A stretch of 64,000 nt of DNA, from NCBI GenBank assembly GCA_030704615.1, contig CM060734.1, forward strand, positions 48,856,001-48,920,000. Direction: 5' to 3'. The notes beneath the pieces were generated by a model. The model worked only from the letters and a program-made list of their open reading frames with translations. It did not search any database and was not told the origin of the DNA. Of the stretch, positions 25,816 to 36,112 are shown one piece after another (within the stretch, counting starts at the first letter, position 1; every line of letters starts with the position of its first letter). Made by a program: the position numbers and the translations under genes. Source of the stretch: Takakia lepidozioides (lineage: Eukaryota; Plantae; Bryophyta).

Positions 25816-26565
25816 ATGGCTGGGGGAAATGAGGACGTAATTGAAGGGCAGGTCTCTTCTCTTAGTCTGTGCACACAAGGGGACACGATTTATGTTTCCC
25901 AAGGAACTCAGACTGATTTGAGTGGAGAACAGTTGGACGAGTTGATTGCATACTGGGAGTCAGGCATTAGCAGTAGACAACAGACTGCTGTAGTTGGCAT
26001 TGAGGGCCTCAATATCGCCTTGGACAGTCAGAACTCTGTTGGAGCCAGCAGTTCTGCAGCTGTAGGTGAAATACCAAAGTGGGTGAAAGCTAGGCTTGGA
26101 ACACAGCCAAAGACAGCCCCGGGGACCAAGGTGTTCAGCCACAAGGCCGTGGTGTACTGGAGCAGAGGAGCAGGAGCTGCACAAGTTTGTGCAATTAGAC
26201 AGTGTTGCAGTCGGACACGCTCTGCACAAGGCAACCACGAGCGGGGGTTCATTAGCGAGGACAAGTTTGTTCTGTTTGAAGGCGATGCAGTCATTCGCAA
26301 TGAAGACACCCGCAATCGTCTCAAAGCTTTCGAGTTGAGAGACTATCAGACCCTACCTTTGTTTTCTTTAGTGTTCAGTGAGCGGGAGATAGCAGAGTGT
26401 TGCTTTGTCTCTACCTGGCAGAAAGAGGAGGAGGGTTGGTTAGAGCGAGCTACTGTAGCTTGGGACAAGGTTAGTGGCAGGTTTCTGGACATAGATATAC
26501 CTCCTACACCTTACCATCAAGCAGAGCGAGGCACTTTGAGAGAAGTCTGGAAGTTGATAGCATAG
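25816..26565 (+). CDS. Accessory ORF of unknown function in the leader of copy 2 (249 aa)
   Basis: Uninterrupted ATG-initiated ORF, sense to gag; no motif recognised. Confidence 0.45.
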   Translation: MAGGNEDVIEGQVSSLSLCTQGDTIYVSQGTQTDLSGEQLDELIAYWESGISSRQQTAVVGIEGLNIALDSQNSVGASSSAAVGEIPKWVKARLGTQPKTAPGTKVFSHKAVVYWSRGAGAAQVCAIRQCCSRTRSAQGNHERGFISEDKFVLFEGDAVIRNEDTRNRLKAFELRDYQTLPLFSLVFSEREIAECCFVSTWQKEEEGWLERATVAWDKVSGRFLDIDIPPTPYHQAERGTLREVWKLIA

Positions 26566-27084
26566 ATCAGGATTAGATCTTGCTTGGGCGGGCTTCTATT
26601 CTTCCCCTCCATCTCTGTACTATTTTCATTACCTTGTACTTGTAGTTGCCAAAGCCTCTCTTGGTGGAGGCCAGTCAGTCCGGGGTTTTGGGCTGGGATA
26701 TTCTGCAGGATCAGCGTTGCTGCTGGATTTTGGTGTGGGGGTGTTGATGTTTTGATTTCTTGTGTTTGGATCCCCCCCAACACCTGCATGCTTGACTGTG
26801 CGCCATGTTGGTTTTGTGTGGGCGCTTGCTTTCATAGGGATTAGGCCGGATTTGATCACCGGTCAATCCTAGAGTATGCTGTCGGTGGTGAGGCTGGAGT
26901 GATGACCAGCAAGACCACCAGTGTTTCTTCTATGGTGAGGCTGGGTTGATGACCAGCCAACCATAGGAGTTCTTGCGGTGGATGCAGGTGCAGGTGCCCT
27001 GAGCCATTGGGATATGACCCTTAGACTGCAACAGGTGCCCACCCGTGTCACTATTAGATTAGTACTAGAGCCTTATAGTGTCAC

Positions 27085-30000
27085 GTGGAGGAGGTGCACA
27101 TTGTGAGTGTCATTACGGAGTTACCCAAGGGTTTTGAGGGGAGTACGGCTACAGGCAGTAACAGTGAGAGTGGGTTCACAAGACGAGGTATTCGGTTCAG
27201 ACCACCTTCACCGCCACCCTCAATTACTGTAGAGTCAGACACAGACTCGGAGGCTTCATCAACAGGTGTGCACTTTCATTCGCCATTGTTGTGGGACGAC
27301 ATGGAGGAGATGTATGGAGCTACCAAGGGGCCTCGTAGGTACTCTGGAGCTGTGGGCACAATCGAGTTGGATGACTTTATCCAGGAGTTCGACAGCTGGT
27401 GTGATTTGCAGCAGATGCGCAATCCACAGCTATTCACCCCATTCATGGCGTGGAAGGGACTGTTCCAGCATTTGGAAGGCCCGCCTATGGACGATTACCA
27501 CGAGTTCAGGCGAGGACATGAAGCAGAGATTGAGGAGTGGAGGATGTATTGGTCACCTGACTACATCTCCATTACTCGAGGCACGACGCGACCAGTAGCT
27601 GCATCAGTACCAATAGCTCCCACTGCCAGCACTAGTAGTGGAGCAGGTAGTGCTGGTACTTCTGCAGGTGGTACCAGTTCAGAAGGTGCTACTACTCCTC
27701 CTGCCACAGCTACAACACATGTGCCTAGATTCAACCCGGTGGTGGAGTTCTTCCAGGAGTTGCGGAGGAACTACCAAGGTGTACGGACAGAGAAGCTGCG
27801 AAGTTTGCAAGACTTCCAGCGCAAACCCAGTGAGAGCCTGCGAGAGGCGTACACTCGTATGAGGCGCTTGATAAGTGTGACCCAAGGGGTTACTGAAGCT
27901 CAGGCAATCCAGTTTTGGTATGGAATTCTGGACAAGGAGCTCAAGAGAAGGGTGCGAGATGCAACCCTGTTACAAGCAGCCCAACCCACATTAGCAGATG
28001 TGTTTCTGCTGGCTGAGCGGATTGAGCTCAACATGGTGGAGGAGCGAGTTGTTACAATTGGATTTGGCAAGGACATGCCTGTACGGGGCACAGCTGTCAG
28101 CCCACAAGCACAAGGGACTGCCCAACAGCGTGGTCAGGGGGGCAAGGTTGCCCAGCCCAAGTTCCATGGAGCTTACAGGGGACCTCAGGTGCAGAGGCCC
28201 GTGGCATCTTTTGCAGGCCAACAGCAACCAGGGGTGATATGTTGGACATGTGGAGGACCCCATGTCAAGAGAGATTGCCCAGAGAGTGGCAGAAGGCCGG
28301 CACAAGCACAGCCTGCACAGTTGCAGTGTGGGCATTGTGGCAAGTATGGGCATGGAGATGCCCAGTGTTATGACTTGCATCCTGAGTTGCGCCCAGGCCA
28401 GTTCCAAGGGAACAATGGTGGCCGGGGGCGAGGTGGACCAGCCCAAAGAGGACGAGGTGGTCGGGCACGAGGTGCAGGCCAAGGGCAACCTCCACATGGC
28501 CAAGGACGCGGAGGTCAGGGTGTTGACCAAGGCATGGCCAATCGGCTTCAGCAGCTAGAGCAGAGGCTCGCTGCCATGGCTATAGCTCAGGCGGTACCGG
28601 CTCCCAGGCGGGATGGCCCACCTCCTGCTCCTGAGGGAGGAGATATGGGCGGCATGGGATTCATGTGCGGAGCAGCACTACCATTAGAGCAGGTGGAGTC
28701 TGCTGCAGCCGTGACTCGAGGAGCAACACGAGTTCCTGAGCCACGAGGTGCAGAGGTGGAGTTGGATCCACAACGTGGGGAGGCAAGCCGTCAGGCAAGG
28801 CTGCCTCAGTCATTCACCTTGGCGGAGACAGTGTCAACGCCATCCATGGCACCTAGTTCTCGCCCGACTGTTACCGAGGCGGAGGTTACTATGCCATTGG
28901 GGAGAGCTACCCGTGCAGCACTGACACCTATTACCAAGGCTAGTGCAGCCGGTGTGTTATTGGGAGCAGCCACCTCTGTGTGTCAAGCCCCACTGTTCTC
29001 GGCGACCATGATTGCGACGCCGGGAGTGAGACCAGCTGCAGTGTTCAGACTAGCAGCAACACTCTGCGAGAGTGGAGAGGTCACTTCATCTTCTGCGGAG
29101 TTAGTGGAAGGTGTAGTGGCAGAGGGATCCTCGGATTTGAGGGTCAAGACTGCCACGGCAGCGCCCTGGCAAGCTGCAGCTGCCAGATTGACGGAGCTGC
29201 CAGCTAGGCCAGCCTTTGAGCGCGCCATGGTGACACCTGGAGTTGTCTTGTTAGACAACCAGGGAGGCATTTTCACTTTGAGTGGACCGGCAGGCAAGAA
29301 GTACCGGCCACTGCGGGTCTTGTTGGACTCAGGAGCTCAGCCACTGATGTTGGGCAGAGCTGCTATTGCAGGTTTGGGCCTCATGGAGGCGGATATGGAG
29401 CCTTGTCCTTTCCAGATACAGACATCTCTGGGAGGATCAGAGCAGGCTCGCGGCATGACACGGCATCAGTTGGCTATTAGACTGCAGCCGGATCATCCTG
29501 TAGATGGCTCAGTGATGCGAGCCAAGGCCATTGTGACAGACGCGGTCTCTTACGATGTCCTCGTTGGTGGGGCAGTGTTATACCCCATGGGCTTCACCCT
29601 GGATTTCTGGGAGGAGTCAGCATCCTACAGGCCTGGATGGCAGTCAGGGGATGGTCGCCGTGCACAGCTCCCTGTGACATTCATTGGGGGTATTGCAGCT
29701 GCTCAGCGGGGCAAGATGCCAACACTAGCCGCCTTCACAGCTGCAGTTAGTTGGCCTGGAGAGTTGCTGGAAGGCAATGCCCATGCAGAGGATGTGCCAC
29801 CTCCAGCAGAGCAGGATGACATGCATGGTACGGCGGAGTTGCCTGCCATGGTTGCTCACACTCCGTTGTGGGGTACGAGCAAGGATTTGCAGCACGCTGC
29901 TGATGGACGGGTGCAACAAGCTTGGGTAGAAGCTTTTGTACCGTCAGGAGAGGAGGAGAGTGCGGTGATTGTACCAGGGCCACCTCAGTTGTCGCCATTG

Positions 30001-31286
30001 GACACCACACCTCTTGTGTGGCAGCGACCGGATGAAGGCATATGCCTTCTGGACTTATTTGGCGGGATCAGCACTGGATTGGCTGCAGTGCTGCAGGCAG
30101 GTGTACGAGTTCGACGTTACCTGTATGTGGAGAGGGATGAGACTGCACGACGCGTCTCACTGCGCCATGTTGCTCAGATGGTGCAGCAGCACCCTGAGTT
30201 GTTGCCGGTGTCTGCAGTTCGTGGATATCAGCAGGCCTTGCCAGCAGACATTGCGTTGCTGGGGGCGCAAGATTTGGAGCAGGTTGGCTCCATTGATCTG
30301 ATAGTGGCAGGTTGGCCCTGCCAAGGGCATTCATCAGCCGGGCATGGCAATGGATTGCGAGACTCGAGGACGGGTCTGTTTTGGGAGATGGTGCGGATTT
30401 TGCGCTGCTTGCAGCTTCATCAAGCTGTATCTCCAGCATACATCTTGGAGAATGTACCACTGATGGGTGATTCTCGGGCCAGGGTGATGGCCAGTGTGCA
30501 TCAAGTCCGGTCGTGGCTTGGGTCAGCAGTGTTGCTGGATGCAGCTGCAGTGGGGTCACGGGCTCATCGTCCACGACTATGGTGGACTAACTTGATGCCA
30601 CCCGCACTGCTCAAGCGTGCATTTGATGGGGTGCAGCGGCCAGCACACCTCACCGTGGATGGCATTTTGGACACAGGAAGGCAGTCTCAACGTGTGAGAC
30701 ACGATGACCGTTCGCCTTTGGCAGTGGTCAACAGGGTGGGTCAACCACGAGCAGCATTACCTACACTGCTCAGCTTCCCAGGATCCCATGCTTTTCGGGA
30801 TGGTGGACCTGGCCTCCTGTGGGATGCTCAGTTGCAGCAGTTAGTGGAGCCTAATGCCGACGAGCGAGAGCGGGCTATGGGGTTTTCCACTGGGACCACG
30901 GCGGTGCCTTCCTTTCTGAGGCATCACGTCGTCAGGTGTTGGGGCAAGCAATGGATCTCAATTGCTTGACCTGGATTGTCAGCTTGGCTATGGCTGAGCA
31001 ACGTAGAGTGCGGAGTGCACTTCCCTTGACGGTCTCTCTGCCTACCGAGACGGTACAGGCAGCGAGTGGGGGCGAGCCGGTGAGGACCACGAGGTGTAGA
31101 CATCCATGGCACATGTGGGAGGTGCTCGAGGTTCAGAGGGAGTTGGCAGCGAAGGCAGCTGTGATGGATGAGGTTGGGGATTCTTCTCGGGATGAGGAGG
31201 TTCTCAATGATGAGATGATGGGGCAGGATGAGGCCTTGTCATTGACTGAGCAGGAAGGGGGTACTGCTCAAGAGGTTGCAGCATAG
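27085..31286 (+). CDS. Gag - aspartic protease - C5 cytosine DNA methyltransferase polyprotein (one 1-nt frameshift near 30913)
   Basis: 1294-codon open frame with CWTCGGPHVKRDC and CGHCGKYGHGDAQC knuckles, an RGG tract, VLLDSGA and DNMT motifs at about 30030-30960. Copy 1 shows the frame continuing to QEVAA-TAG. First ATG is at 27301. Confidence 0.9.
30031..30960 (+). other. DNMT3-like cytosine-5 methyltransferase domain
   Basis: Motif I LLDLFGGISTG; II YVERD; IV DLIVAGWPCQ (PCQ 30316-30324); VI YILENV (ENV 30448-30456); VIII RAHRPRLWWTNL; IX ERERAMGF; X RRQVLG. Confidence 0.92.
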
Positions 31287-34200
31287 CAACCACGGGACGG
31301 TCCTCTACCTCTAAGCCCACTGGACTTAAGGTTGCAGTTACGGAGGACAATTGGGAGCCTGACATTGGACCCATTGTCACCGGAGGAGAGAGACGACGTA
31401 TACGGCGGTTCCTGAGGGCTTACAGGAATTGCTTTGCCTTCAGTTTGAAGGACTTGGGAGCACTGAAGGGTCAAGAGATCCGTATTGAGTTGGCCACTGA
31501 CACGCCAATCTTTCGGAGACCCTATAGATACAGTGACATGGAGAGGTCTTTGATTCAGATGAGGACTCAAGATCTCTGGGAGGCAGGTTTGGTGGAGCTC
31601 TCTGGTGGAGAGTATGCTTCAGCCACAGTGATGCCAGCTAAGAAGGATGTCTATGGCAATTGGACGGAGAGACGTATGTGCGGTGATTACCGGCCTGTAA
31701 ATCGTCAGACCAAGTCCGATAGGTATGCCATGCCAACACCAGAGGAGATCTTTGATGCCATTGGGCATTCCAAGGTCTTTAGCACGTTGGATTTACGATC
31801 CGGATATCACCAGTTGCCGATCAAGGAGGCGGATAAGCAAAAGACGGCATTTGGGGGATCAATGAGCACGGGAAGGATTGCCTATACCAGTGGCGGTTCT
31901 TACCATTTGGGCTTAAAAACGCTCCCGCTGAGTTTCAAAGAGTCATGGACAGGATTCTAGCAGGGGTGGAGTTTGCTCGGTGCTACATAGATGACATCAT
32001 CATCTTTAGTGCTGCGGTGGAGGAGCATGAGAGACACCTTCAGGGGGTATTTGAGCGCTTGAGGACGCACGGATTGAAGTTACATCCGGGCAAGTGCAAG
32101 TTTTTCCACAACCAGATTGAGTATCTGGGTCACATGATATATCCTGGAGGATTGGGGGTACAGCAGACTAAGGTAGAGTCCATTGCACAGGTTCCACGTC
32201 CCACGGATGTGAGCCGAGTTCGAGCTTTCATGGGGTTAGCAAACTATTACAGACGGTTTGTTAAGGGATTTAGTGCCATTGCAAAGGCTCTAACCAAGCT
32301 GACCAAGGTGGACCAGGAGTGGCAGTGGGAAGATGAGCAAGAACAAGCTTTTCAAGAGCTCAAGGCGAGGTTGACCTCGGCGCCCATCTTGAGACGACCT
32401 ATCAGGGGGCGTCCCTTTCAGCTGCATACAGATTGGAGCATGCTGGGGCTTGGAGCGGTGCTCACACAGGTGGATGATGAGGGAAGAGAGTTCGTAGTGG
32501 CTTATGCTAGCCGCTCGAACAATGCTGCAGAGTCTAAGTATAGCTCATATGAGGGAGAATGCTTAGCTGCAGTGTGGGCCGTGGCACACTTCAGGTGCTA
32601 TTTATACGGCAATCTCTTCACCCTTGTCACGGATCACCAACCACTCAAGTGGTTGATGGAGTCAGACAAGCTTACGGGGAAGCTTGCACGGTGGGCACTC
32701 ATCCTTCAAGAGTATGACTTTCAGGTGGTGCATCGACCGGGTTTGGTCAATCGAAATGCAGATGGGTTGAGTCGCAATCCATGCACGAGCCAGCAGGATG
32801 ACACTGGAGCTCGGTGGCATGGTGAGACGGACGAGGAGATGGTGCCCGGATGGCATGCATCTGCATTTCTGTGTATCTTGGCAGCGGAAGGCCAGGTTGG
32901 ACCTACAACAGGGATGACTGTAGATCAAGTGTCTGAGGACCCTGAGGCCAGCAATGAGCAGGGTGGCGCCAAAGATATACATGAGGATTCAGTTGTGTTG
33001 GACTACCTCCGCAGTGGAGACACGGCAGCCACTATGACTGCCAAGGAGAGGGATCGGATCCTACAACGAGCCAAGAGGTTCAGGTGGGAGGGGACACACC
33101 TGCTTCGAGTGTGGGAGGATGGTCGAGTGAGGATTGTGCCTCACCCAACACAGCGGGCACGGTTAGTGCGGCATGCCCACGAGGAGTTGGGGCATTTTGG
33201 GGTGCGACGCACCCATAGTCTACTGCAGGGGCAGTATTGGTGGCGTGGTATGCACACAGAGGTGCAACAATTTGTGGCTAGGTGCATGGTGTGTGACAGG
33301 GTGCGTGCTTCATTCAACGCCCCTACTCCACAATTGCACCCTCTTCCGATCATGGGATTGGGCTACAGGTGGAGTCTTGACTTCGCAGGGCCGTTGCCAC
33401 TGACCATGCGCCACAACAAGTACGTGTTGGTGATGGTGGAGCACTTCTCCAAGTGGATTGAATTGGTTCCATTGCCTGATAAGGCTAGTGAGGGAGCTGC
33501 GTATGCATTCTTGGATTGTGTGCTTAGCCGATTCGGTGCTCCAGCTGAGGTACTCACGGACCAAGGGAGAGAGTTCTTGGGGGAGTTTCAAACTTTGTGT
33601 GACAAGGCCTTGATAGACCACCGCACCACTTCTCGGGATTATCCTGAGGCCGATGGCTTGGCAGAGAGAGTTGTTCAGACAGTAAAGAGGGGTTTGCGCA
33701 AGTATGGCTTGCAGAAGGGACACCTAGGAGATTGGGACCTTCAGTTACCCTGGCTAGCCATGGGCTACAGGTTCAGCAAGCAAGCATCACTTGCCTCCTT
33801 CTCACCATACTTTCTTCTCTTTGGCCGAGAGCCGGATTTGCCTACATCCATTCGCAGAGAAGCTGCTACAGTTCTTAACCTTGACGATCCGGACGTGTGG
33901 GCACGTGCATGTGAGCAGCGTGCAGAGTTGTTCAAGAGAGTCATGCCCATGGCTTTCGAGAACCTTGCCATTGCACAACACCGTGATACGTTGAGGTATG
34001 CTACCATACGTGGTGGGGGCTATCGTCCTGGGGTTCGGAGATTCAACCCTGGTGACTATGTCTATCTGCAGCAGACTGCTCCTACGACCCTGGATGTGAC
34101 TGCAGGACGTGTTATTTTGAGGGTTCGAGAGGTCTTGCCCTCAGGCGTCTTGGTCTTGGAGGGTCGGGATGGCATAACTTGGAAGGACCATGTGCGTAAT

Positions 34201-34419
34201 TGTGCGCCATGTCACCTTCCGAATGTCGATGGCAGGATTGACCCAAACCTGGCAGTGGTATCTGCAGGTTTGAGGTGCATGTTGTGTGGGTCTGCTAAAG
34301 GGGCAGCCACCATGCTGGTGTGTGATCGATGCTCTAGAGGTTGGCATATGGGATGCTTGACTCCACCTCTTGAGATGGTTCCAGATGGGGATTGGTTATG
34401 TCCACAATGCATTGGATAG
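31287..34419 (+). CDS. Pol: reverse transcriptase - RNase H - DDE integrase - PHD finger (1-nt frameshifts near 31299 and 31853)
   Basis: YIDD; TDWS/EGE/TDH RNase H; HHCC; D-D-E (DFAG, TDQG, LAER); PHD at 34276-34416. Gypsy domain order. Confidence 0.92.
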
Positions 34420-34667
34420 TGGGAGTGGATACAACCATGGAAGGCTAACAAGCAACGCAAGGCCCAGCTACAGGATACCTTGAATACACGAAGGCCTGGC
34501 TCAAGTTCACAGATTGCAAGACGGCGACTAACGATGGGGCTACTCTTGTACCCGGCCTCTTGGTCTATAGAGTTTGAGTACGATAGGGACAGTGATAGAG
34601 GACTTAGTACGGCTATGGCTATTACGTCTTGTAGCTATCTGGAGGTAGAGGGACCTATCCACCAGCT

Positions 34668-34677
34668 AGGGGGGCGA
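34668..34677 (+). promoter_or_regulatory. Polypurine tract directly upstream of B1
   Basis: AGGGGGGCGA; the equivalent sequence sits at the same position in copies 1 (from 6520) and 3 (from 48487). Confidence 0.7.
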
Positions 34678-35198
34678 TTGTGGTAGACTACTTTATTGTG
34701 CATATATGTGTGGTGTGGTTCGGACAGCGATGTAGTTGTGTAGCGATATGTATGCGCACGACAGCTGTCAAGTTAAATAAGCACAGTGTGAAAACAGCTA
34801 GAATAAAACTAGTTATTTGTATTTAACACTTGGAGTTAGGTCAAGTGTTAAATCAGGTGTCAAGTTTAGTTTGACACCTGGTCTGTCTTATCTTCACGAG
34901 AGCGGCAGTCGCGCAGCTCATCTCTCTCGAGTTGAGCCTGCGCGACCGAGCTCCTGCATGCGTTTAGATCTGAGTGTACTCATGATGGGAGTGTAGGTTG
35001 TTGTGGGGTGGAGTCCCCATAGCTTGGGGTGCCCCTGGCTCGACTTCTATTTCTAAGAGTGATGGTTTGGTTTTCATGCTTTGCATCGTGTGTGACTTTA
35101 GCTTGCTTATCATTGTGGTAGACTACTTTATTGTGCATATATGTGTGGTGTGGTTCGGACAGCGATGTAGTTGTGTAGCGATATGTATGCGCACGACA
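34678..35198 (+). repeat. 3' terminal B-gc-A-B block of copy 2
   Basis: B1 34678-34763, GC 34764-34765, A2 34766-35112, B2 35113-35198. Confidence 0.95.
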
Positions 35199-35691
35199 CC
35201 AATGTCAAGCGATATGTATGAATCATATATACACACATCATGTTTCAATAGTCTTATTATTACGTAACTTGGTGAATGAGGTCATGACATACGTGGACAC
35301 GAACATGTCTGATGAAAATGAAGACATTCATAATGACCCCACAACAAATGAGGGCGACATTGCACGAACAAAACTTCTTGAGCTCATGGGTGATTTGAAG
35401 TTGGAGCTTGTCAAAGTGCGGAGCCAGGTGAAAGACTACTCCTCAGAAGAGTTGAAATGCAAGTTGAAAGCGATCAAGGAGTGTGTGACATCTATCACCG
35501 AACCATTTACTTTCACACGGCCTTCCACAATTTCTCTACCTTCCAAAGGTTCTATATATGGTATACAAAAGAATGTAAGGAGGACTAAGATGGGGCATGA
35601 TAATACCAAAAAACGCATTGTTATTGATAGAGACGAAGCTTGGCCGCAAACTAAACGTCCATCCATAAAGCTAATAAGTTGTTATTATTAA
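35199..35691 (+). pseudogene. Probable 3' remnant of the MULE transposase gene
   Basis: Directly continues the sequence interrupted at 23159. AT-rich ORF with similar composition; no diagnostic motif. Confidence 0.45.
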
Positions 35692-35974
35692 ACTCAAATT
35701 TCCATAAAAAAAATTCCAAAGCAACCATAGCCGACAGCTCTGACATTACACCAGGACAAAGCCGACAACCAATGTTGAGAATCCCCGGAGCTGCTGCCAG
35801 ATTTGTACAGCTCGCTCAGATACAGAGGGCGTAGATATCGCGTCAAAAATAGAATGAATGATCAAAAATTCGAACTCAAAACTGTACAAACGAAATCCGC
35901 GCATCAACCTTCACAGAAAAGACACGATGATTAGAATCTAATGTACAAATCCACTACAACATGAGAAATAGAAA

Positions 35975-36112
35975 AATGGGCTTCATGTGTGGAGCCGCAC
36001 TTGCAGGACCATTGCATGTGGACTCTGCAGCTGCTGTCATAGCAACACGTGCTCCTGAGCCAAGAGGAGCGGATGTGGATTTTGATCCACAAAGAGGGGA
36101 AACAAGTCGGAG
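35975..36112 (+). mobile_element. Isolated diverged fragment of the DNMT-Gypsy gag linker
   Basis: MGFMCGAAL...SAAAV...PEPRGADVDFDPQRGETSR versus MGFMCGAAL...SAAAV...PEPRGAEVELDPQRGEASR at 28654-28791. Confidence 0.8.

Larger units (their letters stand above)
23160..35198 (+). mobile_element. DNMT/PHD-encoding Ty3/Gypsy retrotransposon, copy 2 (near-intact, young)
   Basis: 4-bp TSD CCAA (23156-23159 / 35199-35202). A1 23160-23506 = A2 34766-35112; B1 34678-34763 = B2 35113-35198. Full coding region present. Confidence 0.96.

Noticed and set aside
30031-30960. Bacterial restriction-modification methylase or contamination
   Set aside because: It is in frame within Gag-PR in two copies, embedded among intron-containing plant genes, and has DNMT3-like motifs.
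34766-35112. A2 as a solo LTR inserted with an 86-bp target duplication, or an assembly artefact
   Set aside because: The same arrangement and B length recur in three independent insertions with diverged sequences.
34678-35198. DIRS/Ngaro/PAT tyrosine-recombinase element, suggested by split repeats plus a methyltransferase
   Set aside because: It encodes an aspartic protease and an HHCC-DDE integrase and has 4-bp TSDs. The MTase is C5-type (PCQ/ENV), not the adenine-type MT of DIRS, and no YR motif was seen.
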